Positions 1 to 7,657 of a stretch of 12,756 bases of DNA are shown here, piece by piece; within the stretch, counting starts at the first letter, position 1, and each line of letters begins with the position of its first letter. Source of the stretch: Verrucomicrobiales bacterium (GTDB lineage Bacteria; Verrucomicrobiota; Verrucomicrobiia; Verrucomicrobiales; V1-33); assembly GCA_031411295.1 (NCBI GenBank), contig JANOAV010000079.1, forward strand, positions 1-12,756, read 5' to 3'. The translations under genes and the position numbers were made by a program. The notes under the pieces were generated by a model. That model did not search any database, had not been told where the DNA came from, and worked only from the letters and a program-made list of their open reading frames with translations.

Positions 1-5
1 CGAGC

Positions 6-68
6 CGCCCGCCTCCGGCCCCCTGCCCCCCGCCCCCAGCCCCCTGCCCCCGGCCCTCCGCCCTCCGC
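6..68. repeat. C-rich heptamer tandem array (9 units, consensus about CCYCNGC)
   Basis: GC dinucleotide recurs every 7 nt (11,18,25,...,67). Units: cgcccgc ctccggc cccctgc cccccgc ccccagc cccctgc ccccggc cctccgc cctccgc. The array ends 1 nt before the ATG at 70. Confidence 0.9.
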
Positions 69-69
69 C

Positions 70-1074
70 ATGCCTCGCCCCCGCAACACCTTTCCGCTCA
101 TGGGCATTGCGGCCATTCTGATTGCCAATTCCCACTTGGAATCCCTTTACCCCAAGCGATGGATGGCGGCAGATGGCCTGCTAGGAAACACCATCTTCTT
201 TCTCCTCGCTGGCTACGGCATTCTCCTTAGCCAACGCCAGCGCCCCACTCCTTTCGGCACTTTTTACTGGAAACGCTTCATCCGCATCTATCCCAGCTTC
301 TGGATCGCGATGCTCATTGCAGCCGCATCCGGGATGATGGTAAATTACGGGTCTGATCTCAGCGCATGGTTCAGCACCTGGGCTTGGCCCACCAGCTTCG
401 GCTTTATTGGTAACATCATGGTGTTTTACCCCGTGCTCTGGCTCCTCGCCCGCACCACGGACCGCATACTAGCGATCTTTATTATCGCTCTGGGTCTCAT
501 CTGGCTTGGCATTTGGCTCACACTCGTCAGCCACCCCTCCGGCCAGAACCTCACCCTTGGGCAACTCCCCCTTTCCCTGTGGTGGATCAACTTCGGGCTC
601 GCCACCGCCCTCGGAGCCTACATCGCTCGCAAGCCCTTGCCAGAAAGTGCCTTCGCCCTCCGTTGGATCTTCCTCGGAGCAGCCTTCCTGATTTACCTGC
701 TCCTGAAATTCGAACTCGCCCTGCGCCACTTCACCACCCCAGAGCAACTTTCCTCCATCCTCCTCGCAGGCCCCATTTTACTCCTAGCCACCGCCTGTGC
801 CGCCCTGCTCCTGCTGAACCTCAACAGCCTGAACCATCTCCTCGGCCCTCTGTCTCCTGTCTCCCGTCTCCTGTCCCCTGTTCTCCCCTCCTCCGTTTTA
901 GCCTGGATCGGCCAGGCCAGCCTGCAGATCTACGTCCTCCACATGACCGTTTACCATTGGGTCCACCTGACGAACCTCCCTTGGCCCGTCCAACTGATCC
1001 TCTTCGCTATCGGCACCATGATCGCCTCTCGCGCCCTTCTCCATCTGACAAATCGCTTTGGAAAAGCAGCGTAG
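70..1074 (+). CDS. Acyltransferase family 3 (OafA/YrhL-like) membrane O-acyltransferase
   Basis: 334 aa with many hydrophobic segments. AT3 motifs: LMGIAAILIANSH (TM1 His), GNTIFFLLAGY, FYWKRFIRIYP (RxxR), WIGQASLQIYVLH. No C-terminal SGNH domain. Confidence 0.88.
   Translation: MPRPRNTFPLMGIAAILIANSHLESLYPKRWMAADGLLGNTIFFLLAGYGILLSQRQRPTPFGTFYWKRFIRIYPSFWIAMLIAAASGMMVNYGSDLSAWFSTWAWPTSFGFIGNIMVFYPVLWLLARTTDRILAIFIIALGLIWLGIWLTLVSHPSGQNLTLGQLPLSLWWINFGLATALGAYIARKPLPESAFALRWIFLGAAFLIYLLLKFELALRHFTTPEQLSSILLAGPILLLATACAALLLLNLNSLNHLLGPLSPVSRLLSPVLPSSVLAWIGQASLQIYVLHMTVYHWVHLTNLPWPVQLILFAIGTMIASRALLHLTNRFGKAA
847..881. repeat. Heptamer tandem repeat (5 units, about CTCCTGT) inside the acyltransferase CDS
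   Basis: Units cctctgt ctcctgt ctcccgt ctcctgt cccctgt; GT at 852, 859, 866, 873, 880. Confidence 0.85.
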
Positions 1075-1103
1075 GAGACAGAGGACCGAACCGTTACTTT
1101 CCC

Positions 1104-1837
1104 ATGATCCAGCGCGTTCATCCCTTCCCTGAATCAGCAGCCACCCCTCATTGGCTTTTCCCTGATGACACCCAACTCAAAGCTCACCCCAGCTATCGTA
1201 AGGCCAAGGCCGGAGATATGATTGCAGCTAAGGAGGTCGTATGCGATCTCATGCTCCAATTCCTTATGGAACGCCGACACCGATTACCATTGAATGCATG
1301 CTATGTTGCGCCCCATGCTCGCGAGGCCACTGGTGATAATGCCATTCCTCAAGTCTTGGCAGCCTACTCTGCTCTATGCTGCGATGGGCAGATAGACACC
1401 GACATCGTTCAAATCGATCAGGTTTTCCACACTGGAGCAGACCCCATGGAGCGGCTCGCGACACGTCCGTCCTTCGAGGGACTGATCACCGCAGGACACG
1501 AATACATTCTCGTGGATGACGTCACCACGATGGGCGCACACTTGCAGAACTCAATAACTACATTATAACTCAGGGAGGGAAAGTGGCAGCGGTAATCCTC
1601 ATTGCCAATGCAGGCCGGGATAAGAATCTTCGCCCCACTCTCCCTTTAATCCGGAAAATCAAATCTCGCTATGGATCAGACATTGAACAACTCTTCGGCA
1701 TTACCTCCGACGCCCTTACCGCCAACGAGGCCCAATACCTCATTGGCTTCCGTTCGCCTGACGAGATCCGAAATCGACTCGCTAAGGCAAGGGAAGAAAC
1801 AAATCGCAGACTACATTCAAAAGGAATTTCTCATTAA
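1104..1837 (+). pseudogene. Phosphoribosyltransferase-fold protein resembling IncP TraN, split by a 1-nt deletion near 1536
   Basis: From ATG 1104: LKAHPSYRKAKAGD...HAREATGDNAIP...HTGADPMERL...YILVDDVTTMG. Adding one base at ATG GGC GC ACA CTT restores VDDVTTMGxTLAELNNYIITQGGKVAAVIL, the PRPP-binding loop plus the following helix and strand, in frame with ORF 1583..1837 (244 aa total). TraN similarity is recalled from family motifs. Confidence 0.8.
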
Positions 1838-1871
1838 ATTTCCTAAAGGACCGCCATTGGCTAAGGAATAA
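1671..1871 (+). CDS. Small hypothetical protein overlapping the PRTase 3' end in the +1 frame
   Basis: 66-aa ATG ORF with a charged, helical-looking C-terminal half (LTRSEIDSLRQGKKQIADYIQKEF). It ends 34 nt past the PRTase stop. Confidence 0.35.
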   Translation: MDQTLNNSSALPPTPLPPTRPNTSLASVRLTRSEIDSLRQGKKQIADYIQKEFLIKFPKGPPLAKE

Positions 1872-1904
1872 ATCAGCAATCGGAAGACAAAGGGCATAAA
1901 CCCG

Positions 1905-1978
1905 GTAGTGACGCGTTGCGCGCGTCCCTGAAAATTCAGAGCAGCCTCCAAGGACCGCGGATTTGCAATCCGCCCCCA
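1905..1978. repeat. Pair of REP-like hairpins (degenerate)
   Basis: GTAG (1905) followed by hairpin GACGCG-ttgcg-CGCGTC (1910-1926); second hairpin GCGGATT-tgc-AATCCGC (1957-1973). Confidence 0.5.
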
Positions 1979-2007
1979 AAGCAAATAGCTTAACGCTCCG
2001 TCCCCTG

Positions 2008-2033
2008 TCGTCCGTAGCTTTAGCGAAGGACGA
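2008..2033. repeat. Palindromic REP-like element TCGTCCGTAGCTTTAGCGAAGGACGA
   Basis: TCGTCC/GGACGA inverted arms around an inner GC-TTTA-GC hairpin, embedded in C-rich heptamers. Confidence 0.55.
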
Positions 2034-2058
2034 TCCGCCCTCCTGCCTCCTGCCTCCT

Positions 2059-2235
2059 TTCCCTGGATTCCTTCCGCTGTTCCCTCACATCCGGGAAACC
2101 TTCGCTGAGCTAATGGAAACATTCGCTGGATTCCTTCCGCCGTTCCGTGGTCTCCTTGCGAGAATTCAAACCTTCGCGGATTCCAATCCCGCGTTCCGTG
2201 AGTCCACGGAGCCTTTCCCGGATCTCCGCCAAACC
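2059..2235. repeat. Degenerate 21-bp tandem array (8 units plus a 9-nt interruption)
   Basis: Units begin with TTC at 2059, 2080, 2101, 2122, 2143, then 2173, 2194, 2215. Units at 2059 and 2122 match at 19 of 21 positions. Confidence 0.8.
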
Positions 2236-2430
2236 AGGATAAATTTGCGCTAGTGCCGCCTCCGTCCCCCTGTCGTCCGCTGACTTCCGTGCCTCCTTCA
2301 GTGATTCCCCTGAAAATCCTCCCCAGCCGTTGAGAAATGTATGTCGGGATTTTAAAAGCATGAGCCAAAAGGTGTCAGGCGAACCAAGCCGTGACCCAGC
2401 CAGACACGCTCACTTAAATTGTTACTGCTC

Positions 2431-3411
2431 ATGAGCCCTCTTCCTGTTCCCTGCCCCGTCTGCTCCACAGTATGCGCTGGTCCGCCCCTGCATTCTTACA
2501 CCGTGACTCAGGCCGCAACGCATTTTTGTCCTCCCACCCGCAACTTGGATCGATTCCAGCGGCTGGAGTCCGCGATTCGGAATCTTTGGCAGGGCGACGA
2601 ATGCGTCGCTCTGCGATGCGGGAACTGTGGTTTTGGCTTCGGGCATCCGTTTGTCGGTGGGGACGAGACCTTTTATGGAATCCTGCATGAGCAGAAGGGC
2701 TACCCTGCTTGGCGCTGGGATTATGATTACGCCATCAAGGAAGCACTCGCCAACGTTCCCACAGGTAAAGTGCTGGACATTGGCGCTGGCATTGGGGCCT
2801 TTCTCCATGGCCTTGGGGGCGATTGGCAGCTCCATGCCGTAGAATCCACGGAATCGAATCGCGGGGATCTGGAGAAGCGCGGGGTGCAAGTATTCAGAGA
2901 TTTAGATCAAGCAGCCAAGGATCACCAAGGAACCTTCCAAGCCATCACGATGTTTCAAGTGTTGGAGCACATCGCGGAGTTTGCTCCGGTGTTGAAATCG
3001 TGCCGCGCACTTTTGCGCAGCGGAGGATACATTGTTATTACCGTGCCAGACGGGGACGCCATGGAACGCCAAGAGCGACTCACTGGTTGCGCAGACATGC
3101 CCCCAAACCACATTAACAAATGGACCCCCAACAGCCTGCGTTTGGCGCTGGAAGCAGCAGGCTTTGAAGTGCTCAAAACGACTCCCGAACCGAGTAACCT
3201 CAAGTCCCTGCTTGGCGCCATGCACATGCGAGTCCAAACGGATGCCGCAAATCCAAAATCCCTAGCCGCTCAAGCTTATCGCATCCAGAACAAGCGCGTG
3301 CGTGCCCCACTGCTTGCCCTGCTGGGGTTGCCTGCGCTAGTTCGTTTATCGCCCCATGCCCTCCAACTCATCCAAGGCGGGGCCTTCGGAGTTGTGGCAA
3401 AAGTCCAGTGA
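2431..3411 (+). CDS. Class I SAM-dependent methyltransferase with N-terminal Cys (Zn-binding) motif
   Basis: CPVC...CGNCGFGF; motif I VLDIGAGIG; AITMFQVLEHI; LRSGGYIVITVP; PPNHINKWT. ATG 2431 preferred over TTG 2419. Confidence 0.9.
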   Translation: MSPLPVPCPVCSTVCAGPPLHSYTVTQAATHFCPPTRNLDRFQRLESAIRNLWQGDECVALRCGNCGFGFGHPFVGGDETFYGILHEQKGYPAWRWDYDYAIKEALANVPTGKVLDIGAGIGAFLHGLGGDWQLHAVESTESNRGDLEKRGVQVFRDLDQAAKDHQGTFQAITMFQVLEHIAEFAPVLKSCRALLRSGGYIVITVPDGDAMERQERLTGCADMPPNHINKWTPNSLRLALEAAGFEVLKTTPEPSNLKSLLGAMHMRVQTDAANPKSLAAQAYRIQNKRVRAPLLALLGLPALVRLSPHALQLIQGGAFGVVAKVQ

Positions 3412-3427
3412 TCCTCTCAACCTTCCC

Positions 3428-4168
3428 ATGTCTGACGACCTTAAAACAAAATACGATGAGTGGCACGCCAATCGCCACGTCGAAGAAACCGCAGAATCCC
3501 CGTTGGATTACGACTGGTATCGGTCCGTTTATAACCACGTAAAAGGCAAGCTCAGCGGTAAAGTTCTGGAAGTCGGTTGTGGTCGGGGAGTCTTTGCTCA
3601 GTGGCTCTCGCCACAGTTTCCTGAGATTAGCATGACTGCGATTGATTTCTCCTCGGCCGCAGTGGAACTTGCCCAGGCAGCCAATCCACTGCCTCCAACG
3701 CAACTCGAATTCCGCGTGGGGGACGCCCAATCCTTGGAATTCCCAGATCAGAGCTTTGATTGGGTTATCAGTTGCGAATGCATGGAGCACGTCCCTAATC
3801 CTGCAAAAATGGCCGCGGAGATTTTCCGTGTGCTCAAGCCGGGTGGACGATTTTGCCTAACTACAGAAAATTACTGCAACGGCATGCTGATCGCATGGAT
3901 GCAATCCTGGATTACCCGTAAGCCGTTCGGCTCTGGGTCTGGGGTGCAGCCACGCGAGAATTTCTTCCTTTTCCCATTTGTGAAAAGATACCTCACCGCA
4001 GCGGGGCTGAAAGTGGATGAAACTGAAAGCTGTCACTATCAATGGTTATTACTGCCACGAGTGTCTCCGGATAAATTGTGCACCAAATATTTCAAAAAAA
4101 CCTGGCAAAGGGCGCTCTTTAAACCTTTCGGTCGTCATTTCTCCTTTTTTGGGCATCGTTCCAATTAG
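3428..4168 (+). CDS. Class I SAM-dependent methyltransferase (Methyltransf_11-like)
   Basis: VLEVGCGRG, AIDFS, GDAQSLEFPDQSFDWVISCECMEHV, RVLKPGG. ATG 3428 avoids overlap with the upstream gene. Confidence 0.92.
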   Translation: MSDDLKTKYDEWHANRHVEETAESPLDYDWYRSVYNHVKGKLSGKVLEVGCGRGVFAQWLSPQFPEISMTAIDFSSAAVELAQAANPLPPTQLEFRVGDAQSLEFPDQSFDWVISCECMEHVPNPAKMAAEIFRVLKPGGRFCLTTENYCNGMLIAWMQSWITRKPFGSGSGVQPRENFFLFPFVKRYLTAAGLKVDETESCHYQWLLLPRVSPDKLCTKYFKKTWQRALFKPFGRHFSFFGHRSN

Positions 4169-4194
4169 ACGTCGACCGCGCATCCGTCATCAAT

Positions 4195-5688
4195 TTGTCC
4201 AGCCAATCAAGACAACAACTAGTAAGCCGCGGCTTGGCTTGGAACGCCGCGTTTCAGGTGTTTCTCTTGCTGCTGAACTTTGGAGTCACGATGGTGTTGG
4301 CTCGGGTCATTGCCCCTGCCCAACACGGGGAGGCTGCCGCCGCTGTCGGAATTTTCGCGCTGGTGAATTGTCTCAATTGCGCTTTTTGCATCGCCCACGC
4401 CATCAATTTGGCCGGAGATCAGACACCCGATTGGACGCAACACTGGCGCTGTGGTAACGCCATCCAGATTTTCCTCACCATCCTACTGAACCTGATCGCT
4501 TTCGCGATTGGTCGCTGCGACGGATTTGAGTCTATGGCACGCCTGCTTCACATTAGTTCGATCGGTCTGTTGCTTGATACCCCAAACCAAATGGCGGTCG
4601 CGCAGATGAGGCGGGCCATGGATTTCGCCCTCCTCAGAAAAGTCCAGATTTGGTGCACCCTGCTCACTGCTGGGGTCTCGATCTTCGGTGGATTGCTAGG
4701 CTGGGGGGCGATGGCCCTCATCATTGGGTCGAATGTGGTTCACGGGATGCCCATGGGAATTCACCTGCTTTTCGTGAAACGTTGGAAACCTGACGGTGGA
4801 TGGTGGCAGTGGCCGGATTGGAAAAGCTATCGACCATCATTGCTCTTTGGGATGCAACTATCGAGTTCGTCCCTGCTGGAACGTGGACGAGCAGCTTTGG
4901 AGTCCGTCCTACTTCCGGCCGCTTTTGGCTTTGCAACGCTGGGGTTGTGGAATCGCGCGCAAGTGCTGTTGACCACCACTGGTGGTCGTCTCAGTTCCCT
5001 GCTAGTTGAAACGATCTATCCGCTGCTGCCGCAAAGCCGTCACCATGCTGAGCAATTTGCGCGGCACGCCTCTTTGTTCCTGCGGGGAACCTTACTTTTC
5101 CTCATTCCGTCTGCGGTCTTTATCGTGTTGCAAGGTGGGCCACTACTATTGCTGCTCTACGGGAATAGCTGGAATGAAGCGGTGCCATACCTTCCCGCCG
5201 CCACCGTGTTTGTGGCCGGGGCCTCGGTGAATTCGCTCCTCGGATTTGTTTTGCTGGCTGCTGATCGCTTGCGGGTTTGCTTCTTCACGAATTTACTGAC
5301 ATCGTGCTTGTCAATGATTGCGCTAATTGTGGCTTTTGTTCGGAAAGAGCCCATCACCTTCGCTTGGGTAGCCGCGATCGGCCAATGGCTGGGAGCCTTG
5401 TTGGTTGGAGGTTGGGTGGTGTCTCATTTGGAACCAAATTGGTTTCGCTCAACCATTCTACCGCCCTTTGGCGCGTCAATGGTTGCCGCTGCCGGTTCCC
5501 TCGCTCTTAGTAACTTGCCGCTTCCCGCTTACGGCAGGATCGTTGACTTGATTCTACAAGCCGCCGTTTTCACCGTTTGTTTCGGTCTGGCGATGCGGCT
5601 TCTGTTCAAGCCTTCCCTAGCCTCCATCGTTCATCGTCTCCCCATGAAAGGCATTTTTATTCGTGTGTTTCATCTGCGGGAAATCTAA
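4195..5688 (+). CDS. wzx: Wzx-type oligosaccharide flippase (PST family)
   Basis: 497 aa, many transmembrane segments. N-terminal RGLAWNAAFQ...VLARVIAPAQHG; LGLWNRA; TIYPLL; LLYGNSWNEAVPYL. TTG start. Confidence 0.88.
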   Translation: MSSQSRQQLVSRGLAWNAAFQVFLLLLNFGVTMVLARVIAPAQHGEAAAAVGIFALVNCLNCAFCIAHAINLAGDQTPDWTQHWRCGNAIQIFLTILLNLIAFAIGRCDGFESMARLLHISSIGLLLDTPNQMAVAQMRRAMDFALLRKVQIWCTLLTAGVSIFGGLLGWGAMALIIGSNVVHGMPMGIHLLFVKRWKPDGGWWQWPDWKSYRPSLLFGMQLSSSSLLERGRAALESVLLPAAFGFATLGLWNRAQVLLTTTGGRLSSLLVETIYPLLPQSRHHAEQFARHASLFLRGTLLFLIPSAVFIVLQGGPLLLLLYGNSWNEAVPYLPAATVFVAGASVNSLLGFVLLAADRLRVCFFTNLLTSCLSMIALIVAFVRKEPITFAWVAAIGQWLGALLVGGWVVSHLEPNWFRSTILPPFGASMVAAAGSLALSNLPLPAYGRIVDLILQAAVFTVCFGLAMRLLFKPSLASIVHRLPMKGIFIRVFHLREI

Positions 5689-5691
5689 CAA

Positions 5692-6825
5692 ATGAAAATC
5701 CTTGCCGTTTGCACCTCCACCAATGTGTATGGAGCGGAAACTGTCCTCCTCAGTTTGTTGGAAGGCTTGCAGCAGGCGGGGCATGAAGTTCTGGCCGTCA
5801 CAAGCCGCTGGACGGACGGTCAGTTTCCAGAGCAACTCACGGTCAAACAGATACCATTCCACCCGCTGCCTTTAGGTATGGTCACAAAGAACCTTAAGTG
5901 GCCCTATCCCTGGTGGAGTCTGCAAACAATTCTTTCGCTCCCGATTCTTTGGTGGAGATTCCGTGGTTTGTGTAAGAACATGAATCCTGATGTGATTCTC
6001 GTTTCAAGTGTGCATCAAGTTCCAGCGCTGTGGTTTGTGCTAGGCAAAAGCCCAGTGCTTATGGTGACCCAATTCTGTCCTGCCGCAGGCGATACCAGGG
6101 CGGAAAAGCTTTGGAAATTGGTTAATCGAAAAATCACCCATTGGCTGGCATGTTCAGGCTACATTAAACGTCGTCTCGAGCAACTCGGGGTGCCATCTTC
6201 TCATGTTAGTATAGTGCACAGTGCAACTCTGGACGAGTCATCGCAGACCCAAGCCGATTGTTCACAAAACGCGCGCTTAGTTCCCGTGCTTGGAATCATT
6301 GGTCAGATCGGTGCTTGGAAGGGACATGAGGATTTTATCCGGGCAGCCGGAATCCTGCGCTCGCGGGGGCATGACTTTAGTATCCAAATCTTCGGGGAAG
6401 GTGAACCTGCATATAAAGAAATGTTGGCGGCCATTGTGTTCCAACTAGGACTTCGTGAGCAGATCGAATGGAAAGGTTACGTTAGTTCGAAAGTCGAGAT
6501 TTTCCAAGCCATCGATATCTGCGTGGTGCCCAGCAGATTTGATGATCCGTATCCGACCGTCGTGATGGAAGCCGCCTCCTTCGGTATTCCTGTCGTCGGA
6601 ACCACGCGTGGAGGGCTGCCTGAATTAGTTTCCGATGGCAAAACTGGATTCCTCGTTCCAGCTGAAGATCCTGCGTCCTTGGCTGAGCGCCTTGCCCAAC
6701 TAATACAAAGTCCAGAATTGCGACATCAACAAGGCTTGGCCGCGCTAGAGCGAGCTGGCACCATTTTTCAGCGTTCCCGCATGATTGCTGATTTCACTCG
6801 GGTAGTCAGCACGCTGTCCCGATAA
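5692..6825 (+). CDS. Glycosyltransferase family 4 (GT-B)
   Basis: MKILAV...YGAE; IGQIGAWKGHEDFI; VVPSRFDDPYPTVVMEAASFGIPVVGTTRGGLPELV..GKTGFLV. Confidence 0.93.
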   Translation: MKILAVCTSTNVYGAETVLLSLLEGLQQAGHEVLAVTSRWTDGQFPEQLTVKQIPFHPLPLGMVTKNLKWPYPWWSLQTILSLPILWWRFRGLCKNMNPDVILVSSVHQVPALWFVLGKSPVLMVTQFCPAAGDTRAEKLWKLVNRKITHWLACSGYIKRRLEQLGVPSSHVSIVHSATLDESSQTQADCSQNARLVPVLGIIGQIGAWKGHEDFIRAAGILRSRGHDFSIQIFGEGEPAYKEMLAAIVFQLGLREQIEWKGYVSSKVEIFQAIDICVVPSRFDDPYPTVVMEAASFGIPVVGTTRGGLPELVSDGKTGFLVPAEDPASLAERLAQLIQSPELRHQQGLAALERAGTIFQRSRMIADFTRVVSTLSR

Positions 6826-6841
6826 ATCAATCGCACCCACT

Positions 6842-7651
6842 ATGATATTCGACTGCTTATTAACAGCTTTCCTAAAGATCCCTTATTTTAGGGGGAAATC
6901 CCGCCTGGAAGCAATTGTGCTCAAACGCTATCGCCACCCATTGCGCACGAAAGTCTATGACGGACTGCTGATGGAGTTGGATCTGGGGGAGTGGACCCAA
7001 CTGCAACTTCGGAGAGGTCATTGGTTGGAGCCACTCACGCTCAAGCGTTACACTGCATTACTGATGGATGGTGATGTCTTTCTCGATATCGGGGCGCACG
7101 TCGGTTTTCATTCGCTGGTGGCCCGGCAGAAAGTGGGCGCGGACGGATTGGTCATCGCCGTGGAACCGCAACCTTACAACGCCAGTAAGATTCTCAATAA
7201 TTGGCGGGCCAACGGATTCACGAATTTAAAACTTCTCCTAGCCGCAGGGGGAGACATTGATGGGTCGATCGAATTGAGTGACCAAGAGGACAATGATCGA
7301 TCTCAGCTTTCTCTGGTGGAAGGTTGCGGTAAGAACGAAGCGCAAAAGTTTATCGTCCCCATAATGCGCATGGATACCATGATGGCCGACCAGAAGATCA
7401 CTAAAATCAAACTTCTCAAACTGGATGTGGAAGGATTTGAATTGGAAGTCATTCAAGGGTTCGGCTCGCGCCTGAAGGACGTGCACCATGTGCTCTTTGA
7501 AATTTTGGATGAAGGGAATTCCGCGCGCTCTGCCAAGCTGTTGGAAATTTTGCTAGCCGCTAATTTTGAAATCAAAACGGTCTCAGGAACCCCATGGAAG
7601 TTGGGTGACAGTATCCCTGAAAACAATTTATGGGCAGAACTCAATATATAA
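6842..7651 (+). CDS. FkbM-family methyltransferase
   Basis: FLDIGAHVGFHS, VIAVEPQP, LLKLDVEGFELEVIQG. Confidence 0.93.
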   Translation: MIFDCLLTAFLKIPYFRGKSRLEAIVLKRYRHPLRTKVYDGLLMELDLGEWTQLQLRRGHWLEPLTLKRYTALLMDGDVFLDIGAHVGFHSLVARQKVGADGLVIAVEPQPYNASKILNNWRANGFTNLKLLLAAGGDIDGSIELSDQEDNDRSQLSLVEGCGKNEAQKFIVPIMRMDTMMADQKITKIKLLKLDVEGFELEVIQGFGSRLKDVHHVLFEILDEGNSARSAKLLEILLAANFEIKTVSGTPWKLGDSIPENNLWAELNI

Positions 7652-7657
7652 GGTAGC

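Noticed and set aside
513..1103. N-terminal part of the 351-aa ORF 513..1568
   Set aside because: Pro/Arg-rich off-frame shadow of the acyltransferase. Protein-like sequence begins at ATG 1104.
1530..1545. Programmed ribosomal frameshift in the PRTase gene
   Set aside because: No X XXY YYZ slippery heptamer at the junction; a simple deletion or sequencing error is more parsimonious.
1926..2328. Repeated CCCTGAAAAT-N6-CAGCC at 1926 and 2308 as a target-site duplication or operator
   Set aside because: Short, only two copies, and no element or regulator links them; may be chance.
2330..2358. Sigma70-like promoter TTGAGA-N17-TAAAAG upstream of the 2431 gene
   Set aside because: Spacing and position are plausible, but the -10 lacks the conserved final T, so it cannot be supported without TSS data.
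1817..2368. 183-aa minus-strand ORF
   Set aside because: Runs through repeats and hairpins, has no recognisable motif, and overlaps + strand ORFs.
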